Below are positions 9,126-17,871 of a DNA stretch of 64,000 nt, piece by piece; the stretch's first letter is position 1; every line of letters begins with the position of its first letter. Origin of the DNA: Alphaproteobacteria bacterium. GTDB taxonomy: Bacteria; Pseudomonadota; Alphaproteobacteria; Bin95. The notes under the pieces are model-generated. The model saw nothing but the letters and a program-made list of their open reading frames with translations, had not been told where the DNA came from and did no database searches. The stretch lies in the NCBI GenBank assembly GCA_964291285.2, contig OZ219789.1, forward strand, positions 64,001 to 128,000, read 5' to 3'. The translations under genes were made by a program, and so were the position numbers.

Positions 9126-9358
9126 CGCGGCCCGCCCTCCGCCGCGCCGACCGCGGCCTGCCAGGAATGCCGTTTCGCCTCCCGGCCCAGGCGGGGCAGC
9201 GCACGAAGCGCCTCCGGGAACCCCGTGCGCCGGGCCGCCGCAATCACGGCCAGCCCGCTCACCCTCACGGAGAAAACCGCATGGAATATCTCACGGAGAT
9301 GTCCGCCTGCCTCCGGGCCGCCGGCAGGCCTCTCGCGGCAGGAACAGGGCGCCGTCAC
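9122..9358 (-). CDS. Small hypothetical protein (78 aa)
   Basis: Fills the gap exactly, with GTGA and ATGA overlaps at its two ends. Confidence 0.45.
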   Translation of the reverse strand: MTAPCSCRERPAGGPEAGGHLREIFHAVFSVRVSGLAVIAAARRTGFPEALRALPRLGREAKRHSWQAAVGAAEGGPR

Positions 9359-9948
9359 CGCCCGTCCTTTCCGAACAGGAACAGCCGGTACCGTTGCTGC
9401 GCGGCCCGTTCCCCGGACGCCAGCTCCCGCAGGGCGGTCCGCAGGCCGATCCCGCGGCGCCCGGCGACGAGAGCGACCCACGCCCCGTCCGCCGCGCATC
9501 CCAGCGCCAGCGCCGACAGGGCGATCCAGCCCGCCAGGCCCGCCGTCGCCGCCTCTCCCGCCAGGCAGAAGACGAGAGCCATGACCGCAAGCGCGAACCG
9601 CCCTCCGCCGGTGCGGTCCAGGATCGGCATCGCCCTGCCGTTCCGGTGGACCCGGCGCTCCAGGGCGAAGAACAGCGGAACCCCGGCGGCATAACACACG
9701 AGACCGCCAGCCACCTGCCAGGGCCGCACCTGTCCGGGATCGACAAGGCAGGCGCCCGACAGCACGATCGCCGCAAACGCCGACGCCAGAAGGGAGTGGC
9801 TGCAGTGGAGGGTCTCCCGCCCGAAGCCGTCGAAGCCTTCGCCGCACAGCGCATCCTCCCGGCTCCTGCCCGGGTCTTCGCGGGATTCCTCTGCGGCCTT
9901 GCCCGGTTCGACCGGCCGGCCCCGCGCGAGACGGGCGGGCCAGCGCAT
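9355..9948 (-). CDS. Hypothetical 4-TM membrane protein
   Basis: Four hydrophobic segments, overlapping both neighbours. Confidence 0.6.
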   Translation of the reverse strand: MRWPARLARGRPVEPGKAAEESREDPGRSREDALCGEGFDGFGRETLHCSHSLLASAFAAIVLSGACLVDPGQVRPWQVAGGLVCYAAGVPLFFALERRVHRNGRAMPILDRTGGGRFALAVMALVFCLAGEAATAGLAGWIALSALALGCAADGAWVALVAGRRGIGLRTALRELASGERAAQQRYRLFLFGKDGR

Positions 9949-10349
9949 CACGGCCCGTCCTCCATGACGCCGAAGGTGGCCGGGAAGAGGCGGCACCAGC
10001 GCTGGAGGTCCGCCTCGCGGCAGAGTCCGGGGCGCAGCGTGCGGGCCGGCGAGCCGAGCGCGGCGCGCTCCAGGTTCCAGGCCATGAGCTGCTGCTGGGC
10101 GCGGCGCAGGCGCCGCATGGCGGCCAGGTCGCGGACCAGCGCCTCGCGGACCGCCAGGACCTCGCCGCGCGCCGCGGCCCAGCTGTCCGCAGCCGCACTC
10201 CGCGCCGGGACCGCGCTCCGCGCCGGAGACGCCTCCTGCGCCGCCGCGCCCGGCGCCAGCACGAGCCAGGCAGCGAGGACTGCGAGGCCCGCGAGGCCTG
10301 CGAGGGCCGTGAGGCCTGCGCGGCCTGCGGGGGAAGCCGGCCTCAGCAT
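9948..10349 (-). CDS. Hypothetical secreted protein
   Basis: Signal peptide ending AAA-QE, helical body, C-terminal Cys pair (LC...WC). Confidence 0.55.
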   Translation of the reverse strand: MLRPASPAGRAGLTALAGLAGLAVLAAWLVLAPGAAAQEASPARSAVPARSAAADSWAAARGEVLAVREALVRDLAAMRRLRRAQQQLMAWNLERAALGSPARTLRPGLCREADLQRWCRLFPATFGVMEDGP

Positions 10350-11404
10350 CCCGAACAGCTCCCGACATTCAGGAACCCGAACGTTCCCGTTCCCCGGACC
10401 GAGACGGAGCCGGAGACGGTGACGCCCGGCGCGGTGAGATTGCCGTCCGCATCGATGCTGTCGGCGGTGACCGCGCCGGCGATATCGGCGCTGCCGGCCT
10501 CCAGCGCGCCCGTGGCCGCGACGCTGGCGGCGCGCACATCGCCGGTGAACGCCGCATCGCCGCGGAAGTCGGCCGCGCCCAGCGCGGTGAAGCTCCCCGT
10601 CACCTCCACCGCGCCCGGCGCGGCGGCCGATCCCACCGACAGCGTCCGGCCGACCCGGAACGCGCCGGCGCGCAGTTCGCGCTCCACCTCCAGTTCGCCC
10701 GCCGTCAGCACCTTCACCCCGACCAGGTCGTTGCCGCCCATGTCGAGGCCGGTCTCCATGCGGGTTGCGTCCGGACAGCCGGGGCGGGCGCGCCGGAAGA
10801 GCGCGCCGCCGCACACGGCCCCGGCATCGAGCTGGCGGTAGACCGCGAGCGCCATGGCGCGCGGATGGCCGCCGGCAGCGGCCCGGAACGCCGCCAGGTC
10901 CTCCTGCACGGTGGGACCCCGGAGCAGGCCGGCCTCGTCCACCACGCCGAGCGCCTGGCGCCCGCGGGCCTCGAACGCCGCCTCCGCCGGCCAGCGCGCG
11001 TCGCCGTCCGGGACCAGCTGCATCGACAGCAGCCGCAGCCGCCCGCCGCCCATCGAGACCGCCCAGGCCGCCGCCGGGCGCTTCATCGCGTCGCCCGCCC
11101 GGTCGAACCCCTCCGGCAGCAGCCTGTCCGCCCTGAGGCGGTCGATATCGATCTCGCGCGCCGCGCCGGCCGGCAGCGCCGCCCAGGTCCCCCAGTCCGC
11201 GCGGGCATGGGCTTCCGCCGCCTGCGCCAGCACGACCAGCTTGCGCGCCGCGCTCACGCCGTGCGCCGCCGCCATGCGGCCCTGCATCCAGAGCGCGAAG
11301 GCGAGCGCGATCATCAGCATCACCACCACCGCCGCCAGCGCGCCGACCGGCGTCAGCCCGCGCCAGCGCCGCACCCGCAGCCGGCGTGCGAACCCCCGCC
11401 TCAC
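10343..11404 (-). CDS. PilV-like (shufflon-N type) minor pilin/adhesin
   Basis: Basic leader RRWRG|LTPVGALAAVVV, PilV signature LFRRARPGCPDATRMETGLDMGGNDL, beta-repeat tail ending CSGC. Confidence 0.75.
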   Translation of the reverse strand: MRRGFARRLRVRRWRGLTPVGALAAVVVMLMIALAFALWMQGRMAAAHGVSAARKLVVLAQAAEAHARADWGTWAALPAGAAREIDIDRLRADRLLPEGFDRAGDAMKRPAAAWAVSMGGGRLRLLSMQLVPDGDARWPAEAAFEARGRQALGVVDEAGLLRGPTVQEDLAAFRAAAGGHPRAMALAVYRQLDAGAVCGGALFRRARPGCPDATRMETGLDMGGNDLVGVKVLTAGELEVERELRAGAFRVGRTLSVGSAAAPGAVEVTGSFTALGAADFRGDAAFTGDVRAASVAATGALEAGSADIAGAVTADSIDADGNLTAPGVTVSGSVSVRGTGTFGFLNVGSCSGC

Positions 11405-12585
11405 CGCGGGCTCCATCCCGACGACCGGCAGCCGGTACAGCCGCCGGCGGTCACGCGCGTGAACGAGCCGCTGTCCGCGCCCATCGAGCCGGCCGTCATC
11501 CCGCCCGCCCGCGCGGAGGAGCGCGCCGCCAGCCGCCCGGCCGCGTCCATGCGTCCGGCGACCGCCATGCGCGCCGCCGCCGCGCGGCCCTCCACCCTGA
11601 GCCCGCCGCCCACCGACAGCATCCCGCCGACGTCGAACTGCCGGGACGCGCCGCCGCCGAAGCGGAACCCCCCGCTTGCCCCGATGCCGGCGCGCCCGGG
11701 GCCGCTCTCCAGTTCGAGCCGCGCCGCCTGCGCCTCGCCGGCGCTGACCGCCCGCGCCTGCCCGGACCGGTCGGCCGCCGCATCCAGGCCCGCCGCGCGC
11801 CCGGCATACCGCAGGTCGTGGCAGCGCCGCGCGGCCGGCGTCGCCGCCGCCCCGCAGTCCTCGCCCGGAACCACCGCCGCCGCGCCGTCGATCTCCGCCG
11901 CCGGCAGCAGCGCCTGCCCGGACGCCCCGGCATTGGGGCCGAACACCAGGTCCGCCTCCATGCGCGCCAGCTCCGGGCGCCCGCCCACCGCGCGCCGGTG
12001 CAGCCGGTCCGCATCGCGCGCCACGCCCCAGTCGCCGGTCGCGAACAGCGAGCCCGCCGGCAGCGGACCCAGCACCGCCTCGACATCCGCAAGCCGGGCA
12101 TGCATCGCCGTCGCCTCGCCGCCGACCGCGCCCACCAGGTCGAGGCCGCCCATCGCCGCGCCCGCCCGCAGCGCCGGAGACCGGAACGAAAGCTCCGGAC
12201 CCGTCAGCGCGCAGGCCGCCATCGGAACCCCGTCCGCCAGCACAACCCCGTAGGAGGCCGACGCCACCCCGCCGCCGACGCGGCCCACCGCGGCCATCCC
12301 GGCCGGCAGCAGCGACCAGGCCTGCAGGTCCGCCGGCGCCACCGCCCGCGCCGCCGCCGCCCGGCGCGACTGCACCGCCCGGTCGAGCGCCGCGCAGGTC
12401 ATCGCCCACACGCGCCCCCGCTCGCGGTCCAGTTCCGCCAGACGCAGGCTGTCGCGCTCGCGGCTCCACGCCGCCGCCAGCACCGCCAGCGAGAGCACCG
12501 CCAGCAGCGCGCCCAGCGGCAGCGCCGCCCCGCGACCGGCGCCCCGGCGCAACCGGAAGGACAGCGAAGGGCGCACCCGCCTCAC
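11401..12585 (-). CDS. Second PilV-like minor pilin
   Basis: Leader RRGAGRG|AALPLGALL, LHRRAVGGRPELARMEADL signature, tail with CTGC. Confidence 0.65.
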   Translation of the reverse strand: MRRVRPSLSFRLRRGAGRGAALPLGALLAVLSLAVLAAAWSRERDSLRLAELDRERGRVWAMTCAALDRAVQSRRAAAARAVAPADLQAWSLLPAGMAAVGRVGGGVASASYGVVLADGVPMAACALTGPELSFRSPALRAGAAMGGLDLVGAVGGEATAMHARLADVEAVLGPLPAGSLFATGDWGVARDADRLHRRAVGGRPELARMEADLVFGPNAGASGQALLPAAEIDGAAAVVPGEDCGAAATPAARRCHDLRYAGRAAGLDAAADRSGQARAVSAGEAQAARLELESGPGRAGIGASGGFRFGGGASRQFDVGGMLSVGGGLRVEGRAAAARMAVAGRMDAAGRLAARSSARAGGMTAGSMGADSGSFTRVTAGGCTGCRSSGWSPR

Positions 12586-12589
12586 CCGC

Positions 12590-13126
12590 TCACCCGAACA
12601 CGAAGGACAGGTGGTTCGACGCCGCGCCCTCGTCGCAGTTGTCGTTCAGCCACGCCAGGTCGCGCGACACCGGCGCGACCGCGCTGACCGTCGCCGGCGC
12701 GGCAGCCGCGACCAGCATCGCCACGATCCCCGAGCCCGAACGCGTGCGCCCCACATAGGCCTCGCCCAGCGCCTTGCAGGTCTCGTCGTCCAGTTCCTCG
12801 AAGGTGATCTGGAACCGCCCGCCATTGCCCCGGATCGACACCGCCGCCCCGAACGGGTGCTCGATCGTCGCAGTGCCACCCGTCCCCTTCCGGGCCCCGT
12901 CCGGAATCCGCCCGAACCCCGCCATCACCGGCACGATGTCGTCGTTGTTCGCCCCGTAGCTCGACTGGCTCGCATAGGTGCTCTCCACGTTCGCGCGCAG
13001 CATGTTCAGCAGGCGGATCGACTCGCCCTCCTTCAGCTTCGAGGTGATGCCGTTGTAGATGGCCACCACCACGACCAGGGCCACCAGGCCCGCGATCACG
13101 CTCAGCAACACTCCGACCGGATTCAT
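12590..13126 (-). CDS. pilS: Type IVb major pilin PilS-like, copy 2
   Basis: Hydrophobic N-helix, HPFGAAV motif, FQITFEEL...C, Cys pair, C-terminal LSFVFG. AGGAGG SD. Confidence 0.8.
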   Translation of the reverse strand: MNPVGVLLSVIAGLVALVVVVAIYNGITSKLKEGESIRLLNMLRANVESTYASQSSYGANNDDIVPVMAGFGRIPDGARKGTGGTATIEHPFGAAVSIRGNGGRFQITFEELDDETCKALGEAYVGRTRSGSGIVAMLVAAAAPATVSAVAPVSRDLAWLNDNCDEGAASNHLSFVFG

Positions 13127-13211
13127 GCCGTCCTCCTCCTTCTCGCCGGGGCCGCGCCGCCGTCCCCGGCAGCCGGCGCCCTGTCCTGAAACCCGTTCAC
13201 CGAAAGCCTTC

Positions 13212-13745
13212 TCACCCGAACACGAAGATCAGGTGGTTCGACGCCCCGCCCTCGTCGCAGTTGGCGTTCAGCCACGCCAGATCGCGCACGATCGGGTCTC
13301 CCCGGTGGACCCTGGTCGGCGCGGCCGCGCGCACCCGCATCCGCACGATCCCCGAGCCCGAACGCGTGCGCCCGACATAGGCCTCGCCCAGCGCCTTGCA
13401 GGTCTCGTCGTCCAGCTCCTCGAAGGTGATCTGGAACCGCCCGCCATTGCCCAGGATCGATACCGCCGCCCCGAACGGGTGCTCGATCGTCGCACTGCCG
13501 CCCGTCCCCTTCCGGGCCCCGTCCGGGATCCGACCGAACCCCGCCATCACCGGCACGAGGTCCGTGTCCGTCCCGTAACTGCTCTGGCTCGCATAGGTGG
13601 CCTCCACATTCGCGCGCAGCATGTTCAGCAGGCGGATCGACTCGCCCTCCTTCAGCTTCGAGGTGATGCCGTTGTAGATGGCCACCACCACGACCAGGGC
13701 CACCAGGCCCGCGATCACGCTCAGCAACACTCCGACCGGGTTCAT
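13212..13745 (-). CDS. pilS: Type IVb major pilin PilS-like, copy 1
   Basis: Near-identical paralog of 12590-13126, directly after pilR. Confidence 0.8.
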   Translation of the reverse strand: MNPVGVLLSVIAGLVALVVVVAIYNGITSKLKEGESIRLLNMLRANVEATYASQSSYGTDTDLVPVMAGFGRIPDGARKGTGGSATIEHPFGAAVSILGNGGRFQITFEELDDETCKALGEAYVGRTRSGSGIVRMRVRAAAPTRVHRGDPIVRDLAWLNANCDEGGASNHLIFVFG

Positions 13746-13757
13746 GCCCCTGCCTCC

Positions 13758-14822
13758 TCAGTAGTTCTGCACCGCGGTCGCGATGTCGAAGCTGACCCAG
13801 AAGATCCACAGCATCTGCGCCGTGCCGAGCGTCATCAGCACCGTGTTCAGCACCATGGTCTTCGCCCGCATCACCGCCTCCGAGCGCTCGATCCAGCGCT
13901 CCACGAAGCCCGCCAGCGTCTCCTCCCAGTCCGCCCGGCCCTCCATCGCCGCCGCCACCGCCACCAGCGACTTGTCCGGGAACTCGTGCCCGCTCGCGGC
14001 CAGCGCCGAACCGAACCCCAGACCCTCGTTCAGCATCAGCCCGCTCACACGCCGCATCCGCGAGCGCACATAGGACGACGCCCCGCGCTCGAACTGCGCG
14101 AACGTCGCCGCGTTCAGGTCCACCCCCACCCGCAGGAACTCCACGCACACGAACAGGAACCCCGAACCCGACAGCATCCGGTAGAGCGAGAACGGCGCGA
14201 ACCGGTCCGCGAACGCCCGCCCCCGGCCCGTCCAGCGCAGCACCACCAGCCGCCCCGCCAGCACCGCCAGCACCAACAGCAGCCCCGCCTCCAGGTCGTG
14301 CGCGTAAAGACCCTCCGAGGCCCAGGCCAGAACCGCCGAGAACGCGTCCCAGCGCGACGGGTCGCTCACCGCGCGCATCGCCGGGAACACCTCGTAGCCC
14401 ATGAACCACGTCATGCCCGCGCAGCCCAGGAAGATCACCAGCGGCCAGAACAGCGCCATCGCAACCGCCCGCACCTGCTTCGCGCGCATCTCCGCCACCC
14501 GCGCCGCCGCCAGGAACAGCGTCTCCGCCCGCGCCCGGCCCAGGCCGTAGAACACCATCGCCTCCGAAGCCGGAACCCAGCGCGACAGCTCCACCGCGAA
14601 CGCGTCGCCGCCCGCGGCCAGCGCCCTGTTCCAGTCCCGCAGCATCTCCACCCGGAACGTCTCGCGCGCCTTCGCACGCATCACCGCCTCGAGCGCCTGC
14701 GGCATCTCCAGCCCGCCGCGCAGCAGGTCGTGCATCAGGTACCAGATGTCCACCCGCGCGCCCGTCCCGGCCGCCAGGAACCGGCGCGCCCGCAACCGCA
14801 ACGCCGCCGCAAGGCGCCTCAT
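13758..14822 (-). CDS. pilR: PilR/GspF-family inner-membrane platform protein
   Basis: LSRWVPASE, PFSLYRMLSGSGFL and ALAASGHEFPD motifs, multiple TMs. Confidence 0.8.
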   Translation of the reverse strand: MRRLAAALRLRARRFLAAGTGARVDIWYLMHDLLRGGLEMPQALEAVMRAKARETFRVEMLRDWNRALAAGGDAFAVELSRWVPASEAMVFYGLGRARAETLFLAAARVAEMRAKQVRAVAMALFWPLVIFLGCAGMTWFMGYEVFPAMRAVSDPSRWDAFSAVLAWASEGLYAHDLEAGLLLVLAVLAGRLVVLRWTGRGRAFADRFAPFSLYRMLSGSGFLFVCVEFLRVGVDLNAATFAQFERGASSYVRSRMRRVSGLMLNEGLGFGSALAASGHEFPDKSLVAVAAAMEGRADWEETLAGFVERWIERSEAVMRAKTMVLNTVLMTLGTAQMLWIFWVSFDIATAVQNY

Positions 14823-16444
14823 GCCGCCGCCTCCGCCGCCACCGCCGCCAGACCCCGCAGCGCCTCGGCCGCCTCCGGGATCTCCGCCCCCTTCAGCAGC
14901 GCGTCCGCCGGGTCCACACGCCCCGCCGCCACCGCCCGCCAGATCCGCCGCCCCAGCGGAACCCCGCCCATGACGTCGACCCAGTGGTTCCACGCCCCGA
15001 TCGCGTCACGCTTCCCCACTAACCGCAGGTAGCCGTCGTCAGGAACGATCCACTCCGCCACCGCCTGCTGGCCCTCGTAGCCCGCCCACGCCGCCAGAGA
15101 GAGCGCCGACTGGCCCGGACGGCGGCATGCGCCGCAGCCCTGCGGGTCGCGGTAGCGCACCCGCCCCCCCAGCACCGCCTCGAGCCCCTCCGGAAGCGTC
15201 CGGCCCTCCGGCAGGCCCGGACGCGAGCAATGGCGGCACAGCAGCGGCACCAGCGTCTGCTTCATCAGCAGGCGGATGTTGCCCCGCTTCGTCACCTCCG
15301 CCTCCGTCACCCCGAGGTCCATCAGCCGGAACAGGATGCCGTTCGCGCTGTGCACGTGGATCGTCGTCCACACCTGGTGGCCCGAGTCGATGAACTGCAG
15401 CACCTGGCGCGCCCCCGAACGGTCGCGGATCTCGCCCACCATCCCCGAAGCCGGGTGAAGCCGCACGAAATGCATCAGGCCCGCCTGGAAGTGCAGGTCG
15501 CGCTCCTCGCCCGCGCCCCCCGTCGGAACCGCGATCTGGACCGCGCCCTCTATGTCGTATTCGACCGGGTCCTCCAGCGTCACGAGGTTCAGACGGCCCC
15601 CGTGCTCGCGCATCTGCAGCGCCAGGTTCGCCGCCAGCGTCGTCGACTTCCCGTCCCCCGTCGTCCCCCCGATGACGATCCCGCCGTATTTCGACATCCG
15701 GATCTCGCGGAACAGGCTCTCCACCTCCTCCGTGAACCCAAGGTCCGCCAGCGTCCGCGCACTCCCGCCATGGTCGCGGTAGAACAGCCGCGCGAACAGG
15801 TGGTGGCCGTCCGGCTCGTCCGGACCCGCCTCGCAGCGCAGCGCCGCGATCTCCTCCGGCAGCGGAAACGCCTCCGAACGACGGATGCTGAACCCCTGGA
15901 AGCTGCCCCGCTGCAGCGAGGTCTGCCGCGACCCCTCGTCCTTCACGTAGAACAGGAACCCGTAGACCCGGTCCGCGTCGCTCGTCGTCAGAGCCTCGCC
16001 CAGCGCCAGCTTGCGGTCGTTCACGATCGCGAACACCCGGCACCCGTCCGCGCCCTTCTCGAACACCACATCGGAAGCCCGCGCCCGCGCCGCCTCCGTG
16101 AAGATCCCCGCAACGCTCTCCACGATCGCCGGGTCGACCTCCGGACCCTCCGGACCCGAACCGTGGCCGCGCCACACCGCCGCCACCTCCTGAAGCGACG
16201 CCGCCTCCTCGCGCAACGGACCCCGAACCGCCCCCGAACGCTGCAACTCGACCAGAAGCGCCCGCGCCTCCTCGTCGTTCGCATAGCCCCGCGCGAACAT
16301 CACCCGCCCGTCCGACCACACCGCGCAGCGCTCCCGGAACCGCGCGTCCATCCGCCCCCAGCGCACCAGACCCGACGGCAGGACCTCCGGCGCCGGCTCC
16401 CGGAACAGCGCACGATGCCACAGCGGACGGCGACCGGCCGTCAC
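14819..16444 (-). CDS. pilQ: PilQ/GspE-family pilus assembly ATPase
   Basis: Walker A GTTGDGKSTT, TLEDPVEY, VGEIRD, GHQVWTTIH, CxxC...CxxC zinc motif. Confidence 0.88.
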   Translation of the reverse strand: MTAGRRPLWHRALFREPAPEVLPSGLVRWGRMDARFRERCAVWSDGRVMFARGYANDEEARALLVELQRSGAVRGPLREEAASLQEVAAVWRGHGSGPEGPEVDPAIVESVAGIFTEAARARASDVVFEKGADGCRVFAIVNDRKLALGEALTTSDADRVYGFLFYVKDEGSRQTSLQRGSFQGFSIRRSEAFPLPEEIAALRCEAGPDEPDGHHLFARLFYRDHGGSARTLADLGFTEEVESLFREIRMSKYGGIVIGGTTGDGKSTTLAANLALQMREHGGRLNLVTLEDPVEYDIEGAVQIAVPTGGAGEERDLHFQAGLMHFVRLHPASGMVGEIRDRSGARQVLQFIDSGHQVWTTIHVHSANGILFRLMDLGVTEAEVTKRGNIRLLMKQTLVPLLCRHCSRPGLPEGRTLPEGLEAVLGGRVRYRDPQGCGACRRPGQSALSLAAWAGYEGQQAVAEWIVPDDGYLRLVGKRDAIGAWNHWVDVMGGVPLGRRIWRAVAAGRVDPADALLKGAEIPEAAEALRGLAAVAAEAAA

Positions 16445-17799
16445 CGCGGGGCCCTCGACCGCCAGGGGAGCCGGTCGGCCCGCCAGCCCGTCACGCGCAC
16501 CCCCGGAGGACGCGCCTCGACCGCAACCACCGCAACCCCGCCCGGAAGACTGTCGCCCGCCTCCACGCGCCACACCTTCTCGCCGTCCGTCACCGCCGCG
16601 CGCAGCGCTGCGCCCGATCCCGTCACCGCAAACCAGCCATAGTCCGGGGGCGGCTCCGGAGCCGGCGCCGTCCCGGCCTCCTCCGCACCGTCCGCCTCCT
16701 TGCGCGCCAGTTCCGCACGCGAGGCCTCCAGCATCGCCTCATGCGCCGCGCGCACCCGCGCGTCCGCCTCGCGGCGCATCGTCTCCCGACGCAGCGCCTC
16801 GTCAGCACGCGCCGACGCCGACGCCCGCAGCGCCGCCGCAAGCTCCCGGTCCGAAGCCACGATCTCCGCCAGAAGCGCCTGGCGGTCCCGGCACAGCGCC
16901 AGGATCTCGCGCTCCAGACCCAGCGCCTCGCTGAACTCCCCCTCCTCCACCGCGGCCGACAGCATCCGCGCGATCGCCGACCGCGGACACTCGAACACAC
17001 GCAGGATCGCCGGCTCATGCGACCCGGCGGCAGCGGAAGAGGCCGGGGCGGCGGCGGGAAAGACGGACCGCCGCCCCGGCGCGCCGGCGGACAACGGAAC
17101 GGCCGCGTTGTCCGAAGCCGCCGGCGTCCCGCGATCGACACCCGCGCCCGGGGAAGCGGCGGACGGCCCGGGGCCGGAAAGGGAGGGCGGGGTTGCCGGG
17201 GCCGGTGACGACGGCGAAGGCGGCAGCGGCGGAAGCGCGTCCCCCGTCCCCTCCGGCAACGCCGACGCCGGTGACAGCAGCAACGCCCCCGACAGCAGGC
17301 CCGCAAGCAGGGGCAGGGCCCGCGGACGCGCCCGGACACCCGCCGGAGACTTGACGAAAACCCGCCCCGCGGGACAGGATGAGCCCATGATGTCGTCCTT
17401 CGACACCCTCGCCGCCGCCGAAGCGCTCCAGGACGCCGGCGCCAAGCCCGAACTCGCCAAGGCCATGGCCGCCCAGCTCAAGGCCGCGGCGAAAGCCGGC
17501 GAACCCGTCACGAGACCCGAACTCGACGCCGCTCTCGGCGCCCTCAAGGCCGAACTGCTCGAACGAATCGCCGCGACCGACCAGCGGATCACATCCGTCG
17601 AGAAGAACCTGATCGAGCGCATAGCCGAGACGGAACGCCGGCTGATGGACCGGACGGCCGCCCTCGTCTGGCGGCTGTTCGGCGCCATGGTCGCGCTCGC
17701 CGGCATCACCATCGCGGTGCTCGAATACCTGCGCACACCGGCCGGATAGTCCCCGGCGGCCCCGGCAGCCGCAACCGGCCGGAAAATGCCGGCAGACAT
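16441..17799 (-). CDS. PilP-like protein whose 5' region carries a 399-bp in-frame insertion (alternative start 17388)
   Basis: C-terminal beta domain (VTGSGAALRA...VEAGDSLPGGVAVVAV), coiled coil, position before pilQ. GGAG-N5-ATG at 17799. Confidence 0.6.
   Translation of the reverse strand: MSAGIFRPVAAAGAAGDYPAGVRRYSSTAMVMPASATMAPNSRQTRAAVRSISRRSVSAMRSIRFFSTDVIRWSVAAIRSSSSALRAPRAASSSGLVTGSPAFAAALSWAAMALASSGLAPASWSASAAARVSKDDIMGSSCPAGRVFVKSPAGVRARPRALPLLAGLLSGALLLSPASALPEGTGDALPPLPPSPSSPAPATPPSLSGPGPSAASPGAGVDRGTPAASDNAAVPLSAGAPGRRSVFPAAAPASSAAAGSHEPAILRVFECPRSAIARMLSAAVEEGEFSEALGLEREILALCRDRQALLAEIVASDRELAAALRASASARADEALRRETMRREADARVRAAHEAMLEASRAELARKEADGAEEAGTAPAPEPPPDYGWFAVTGSGAALRAAVTDGEKVWRVEAGDSLPGGVAVVAVEARPPGVRVTGWRADRLPWRSRAPR
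17351..17380 (+). promoter_or_regulatory. Putative sigma70 promoter for a leaderless transcript
   Basis: TTGACG-N18-CAGGAT followed by 6 nt and then ATG 17387. Confidence 0.45.
17387..17749 (+). CDS. DUF1640/CCDC90-like coiled-coil protein with C-terminal TM
   Basis: FDTLAAAEALQDAG...A.A motif, VTRPEL, coiled coil, terminal hydrophobic helix. Confidence 0.75.
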   Translation: MMSSFDTLAAAEALQDAGAKPELAKAMAAQLKAAAKAGEPVTRPELDAALGALKAELLERIAATDQRITSVEKNLIERIAETERRLMDRTAALVWRLFGAMVALAGITIAVLEYLRTPAG

Positions 17800-17871
17800 G
17801 CGCGCTCCATGACCGGCGCTGACAGCCGCGAAGCGAAGACGGCGGAAGGCGCGCAGCATCGCCCGGCGCCC

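Noticed and set aside
10190-10330. Short 9-bp and ~18-bp tandem repeats
   Set aside because: In-frame low-complexity coding repeats (LAG-LAG, PARSA twice) with no spacers.
10343-12585. Shufflon
   Set aside because: No Rci-like recombinase, inverted partial ORFs or recurring sfx-like sites seen.
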